Origin: Candidatus Acidiferrales bacterium
Lineage (GTDB): Bacteria > Acidobacteriota > Terriglobia > Acidiferrales > UBA7541
Assembly (NCBI GenBank): GCA_963722985.1
Contig: CAVROZ010000010.1
Location: 14,341-78,340, forward strand
Direction: 5' to 3'
DNA length: 64,000 nt
The notes beneath the pieces are model-generated. The model did no database searches, was not told where the DNA came from, and was given only the letters and a program-made list of their open reading frames with translations. Made by a program: the position numbers and the translations under genes. Shown piece after piece: positions 61,053-64,000 of the stretch (position 1 is the first letter of the stretch; each line of letters opens with the position of its first letter).

Positions 61053-61475
61053 CTAAGGCTTCGGAGGAGCGGGGCGCTGGTGGATGATCATCCAGGATGT
61101 GCCGAATTTGTCCCTGAGCATACTGAAGCGAAAGGCGAAGAAAGTTTCTTGCATGGGCATGAAGATTTCACCTCCCTGCGAGAACAGAGAGTGTATCCGT
61201 TCCGCTTCTTCGTTGCTGCCCACGGCTAAGGAGAGATACACGCTGCGCATCGGCTGGAAGCGGTCCGCGGGAACGTCGCTGGCCATAATTTCGTTTTCTC
61301 CGATGATCATATGGGCGTAGAGAATTTTTTTCTTCCAGCTGTCCGGGATGTTGCTCGGAGTGGGCGCCTGCTCGTGGGTCATCATGAAGGTCACCTTTCC
61401 GCCGAGATGCTGTTCGTAGAAGCGAAACGCTTCCTCGCAGTTGCCGCCATAGTTCAAATAAGGATTCACTTTCAT
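61053..61475 (-). CDS. VOC family protein (PhnB/YjdN-like)
   Basis: PYLNYGGNCEEAFRFY, MASD, GGEIFMPMQETFFA..DKFGTSW. Confidence 0.92.
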   Translation of the reverse strand: MKVNPYLNYGGNCEEAFRFYEQHLGGKVTFMMTHEQAPTPSNIPDSWKKKILYAHMIIGENEIMASDVPADRFQPMRSVYLSLAVGSNEEAERIHSLFSQGGEIFMPMQETFFAFRFSMLRDKFGTSWMIIHQRPAPPKP

Positions 61476-61646
61476 GTGCTTGGTCCTTTCGAAAATTGCC
61501 GTGCACAGGAAACGATAGCATATCACTTGCATATTGCAAGTGATATTGTTCCGGTTCGATCTAAAGCGATCGTGCGAACATAAGGCGCAGGAGCCCGGCG
61601 CCTCAACAGCACAGAACCAGGACCCGGTGCGATGGGTTTTGCTCGA

Positions 61647-61853
61647 TCAGTCTTTTTCGAGCATGACTTCGGTGGATTTGATTATGGCGGAGACTTTGTC
61701 GCCGACTTTCAGCTTCATTTCTTCGACGCTGCGCTTGGTGATGACGCTTTCGACGATGTTCTTTCCAACCTGCACGACCACATGCGCCATGACGCCGCCG
61801 AATTGAATTTCAGTGACTTTGCCTTCTAGGCGATTCCGCGCGGATAGAGTCAT
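61647..61853 (-). CDS. Stand-alone TOBE/Mop molybdate-binding protein
   Basis: SARNRLEGKV, ESVIT..S..M.LKVGD.V.AIIKST. Confidence 0.92.
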   Translation of the reverse strand: MTLSARNRLEGKVTEIQFGGVMAHVVVQVGKNIVESVITKRSVEEMKLKVGDKVSAIIKSTEVMLEKD

Positions 61854-61923
61854 GGCACAGAGGATACGCCTTCCGGACCGATGAGTCCAGGGAGCTACTT
61901 TGCTACTTTGCATTGACAGGGAG

Positions 61924-62805
61924 CTACTTTGCGGACGCCGACCTGCGGAGGCTGTTCAATTCGGCTTCGTCGAGCTTCAGCCCGGCCGCCGCAATATTTT
62001 CCTCGAGATGCGGGACCTTCGAGGTCCCTGGAATCGGTAGCATTACCGGCGAACGCCAAAGGAGCCACGCCAAAGCCACTTGTGATGGAGTGGCGTTCGC
62101 GTTCGCAGCGGTGTGACCGACAGGACTGCTTGGGCCGGACAGCCGGCCTGCGGCCAGCGGGAACCAAGGAATGAAACCGATCTTATGCTGATCGCAATAA
62201 TCCAGGACATCTTCCGACCCGCGATCGGAAAGGCTGTAGCGGTTCTGCACGGTCACCACATCCACGAGTGTCTGGGCGTGCTGCAGTTGGCGAACGCTCA
62301 CCTCCGACAGACCAATGTGTTTGATCTTCCCCTGGGTTTGCAGATTCTTTAGTGTGCCGAGCTGGTCCTCGGCCGGCACTTTTGGATCGATCCGATGTAG
62401 CTGATATAGGTCGATCCGATCCAAGCGCAGGCGCCTCAAGCTGCCTTCACACGCGGAAGTCAGATGCTCCGGCCGTCCGTTTTCCACCCAGCGGTCAGGA
62501 CCGGGTCGGTCGAAGCCGCCTTTCGTTGCGATCACCAAGTTTGTGGGATACGGATGCAGTGCCTCCGCAACCAGCTGTTCGCTGACGTCTGGACCATAGG
62601 AATCGGCGGTATCGATGAAATTTACGCCCAATTCCACAGCTCGCCGCAGGACGCAGATCGCTTCGGCTCGATTGGGCGGTTCGCCCCAAACTCCCTTCCC
62701 CGTGATGCGCATCGCGCCAAAGCCCAGGCGAGTGACGCGAAGATCATTGCCGATGCGGAATTCTCCCGCTTTCGCGGCAAGCTGTTTTGCAGATTCATGG
62801 TTCAT
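61924..62805 (-). CDS. Aldo/keto reductase
   Basis: RLGFGAM, FIDTADSYG, IATKGG, IDLYQLH, IGLSEV, PIPGT. ATG 62805 with RBS. Confidence 0.94.
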   Translation of the reverse strand: MNHESAKQLAAKAGEFRIGNDLRVTRLGFGAMRITGKGVWGEPPNRAEAICVLRRAVELGVNFIDTADSYGPDVSEQLVAEALHPYPTNLVIATKGGFDRPGPDRWVENGRPEHLTSACEGSLRRLRLDRIDLYQLHRIDPKVPAEDQLGTLKNLQTQGKIKHIGLSEVSVRQLQHAQTLVDVVTVQNRYSLSDRGSEDVLDYCDQHKIGFIPWFPLAAGRLSGPSSPVGHTAANANATPSQVALAWLLWRSPVMLPIPGTSKVPHLEENIAAAGLKLDEAELNSLRRSASAK

Positions 62806-62917
62806 GTTCTTTTCCCTCTTCCCTGCTGGGGAGCCGCGCACCCACGGGGCTCGTGAGACAATGCTTTTCGAGACCGGTGCAACAGTTATCAGAAGCCTCG
62901 TCGATGCCGAGCCCGAA

Positions 62918-63163
62918 CTACTGTTCGTAATTCTCAACAATTTTGGCCGGGCGGACTTTTGCCTTGTCCGGGTCGTCCCCAAACTCGCGGAGCGCCCGCC
63001 GCTGACGCAAGAGGTCCCAGCATCGATCCAGCTGAATCTTTACTTTGTCCAATCGTTGTTGGTCATCGCCCGTCAGTTCGTTCTTTGCGTACAAGCCCTC
63101 TTCTTCCTTCACCAGTTTATCGATGTGGCTCAGCACGTTCTGGTCTTCATTCTCGATTGCCAT
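62918..63163 (-). CDS. DUF2630 family protein
   Basis: LDRCWDLLRQRRA..GDDPD..RP..VENY signature. Confidence 0.88.
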   Translation of the reverse strand: MAIENEDQNVLSHIDKLVKEEEGLYAKNELTGDDQQRLDKVKIQLDRCWDLLRQRRALREFGDDPDKAKVRPAKIVENYEQ

Positions 63164-63396
63164 AGTGATCCCCCTTACCAACAAGGCTCTGCTCAAAAAG
63201 TGAGCAGCAGTTAGATGCCTGGGGGCAACCAGAAGGTCAAAGAATCGAAAGGAAAGAACCGTCGCGCCTGCCCATTGGGACGGTAATCAAGTCGCGAGCG
63301 CGCCAGGCCATGACCGCTTTCGGCGCCGTTGCCAACCAGTAGAATAATTAGGATTTGTTGTGCGGACCCTCTCGGGCTCAATTGCAAAGGACGGCC

Positions 63397-64000
63397 ATGA
63401 CCATTTCGTCTCCCCCAGAAGTAAACCCCAAAAGTGGTGGACTCCCAGCAGCGAAAGCGCCAGTTACACCGTCGAACGACCCACCGGCTACCGACGCGCC
63501 TGCGACGGCACCGGTCTCGCGCACGCTCAAGTTGATCACGGCAATGATGAAGAGCAAGCCGAATATCAGCGACCTGATCTTTTCGCCGGGCCGGCTGCCG
63601 CAGGTGGAGGTGGACGGCCAGTTGGTGGAACTGGCGTTCGGCGGATTGAACCGTTTTAGCCCCGACGACACCATGTCGATTGCACGGGACTTGATCGGAG
63701 ACAGCCAACACCACATTCGACAGTTAGAACAGAGCGGGTCGACCGATCTTTCTCATGGAATTTCGGGTATTGGGCGCTTCCGGGTCAACATCTTTCGGCA
63801 ACGCGGGACGTGCGCGATTGTGATGCGCGCGATCCCCAAGTCGATTCCCAACTTCAACGACCTGGGATTGCCGCCGGTGGTCCAAGAGATCGTGCACCTG
63901 CGAAACGGGCTGGTGCTGATGACGGGTCCGACAGGTTCGGGAAAGTCATCGACGCTGGCGGCTATTGTCGGAAGGATGAACGAAGAACGAGCGATTCACA
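63397..64000 (+). CDS. pilT: PilT/PilU-family type IV pilus ATPase, N-terminal part; runs off the window edge
   Basis: Manual translation: ..ISDLIFSPG..RFRVNIFRQRG..MRAIP..GLVLMTGPTGSGKSSTLAA. Absent from the ORF track. Confidence 0.9.
   Translation, partial: MTISSPPEVNPKSGGLPAAKAPVTPSNDPPATDAPATAPVSRTLKLITAMMKSKPNISDLIFSPGRLPQVEVDGQLVELAFGGLNRFSPDDTMSIARDLIGDSQHHIRQLEQSGSTDLSHGISGIGRFRVNIFRQRGTCAIVMRAIPKSIPNFNDLGLPPVVQEIVHLRNGLVLMTGPTGSGKSSTLAAIVGRMNEERAIH

Overview
This is GC-rich bacterial chromosomal DNA, most likely from an Acidobacteriota genome. That is an inference from gene families such as tandem acidobacterial VWA proteins, an Ig+PQQ-propeller protein, and the gene orders pepP-accB-accC-thiE and kdsB-pyrG-kdsA-kdsD-kdsC. 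It is mostly housekeeping: nnr (partial), accBC, thiE, pilMNOPQ, a ubiD-family decarboxylase, iscS-mnmA, uvrC, uvrA, deoB, the Kdo genes with pyrG, ppa, a fatty acid desaturase, pilT (partial), several peptidases (M24, S46, S9, SprT-like) and two APC permeases. The best find is missed by the ORF track, which splits it in two. It is a membrane-anchored iodothyronine-deiodinase-like selenoprotein (55767-56471) with an in-frame UGA in the motif FGSFT-U-PPF, followed by a hairpin that fits the bacterial SECIS pattern. Other notable items are a Xis/BldC-like HTH gene heading the type IV pilus operon with direct repeats upstream, and a translationally coupled uvrA-TPR-hyp-hyp-SprT-like protease operon. 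There is also a strong terminator abutting the pepP start codon, an IS1202/ISNCY-like right-end remnant, a frameshifted TipAS remnant inside the kds cluster, and scattered degenerate REP-like palindromes. I saw no rRNA, tRNA or CRISPR array.
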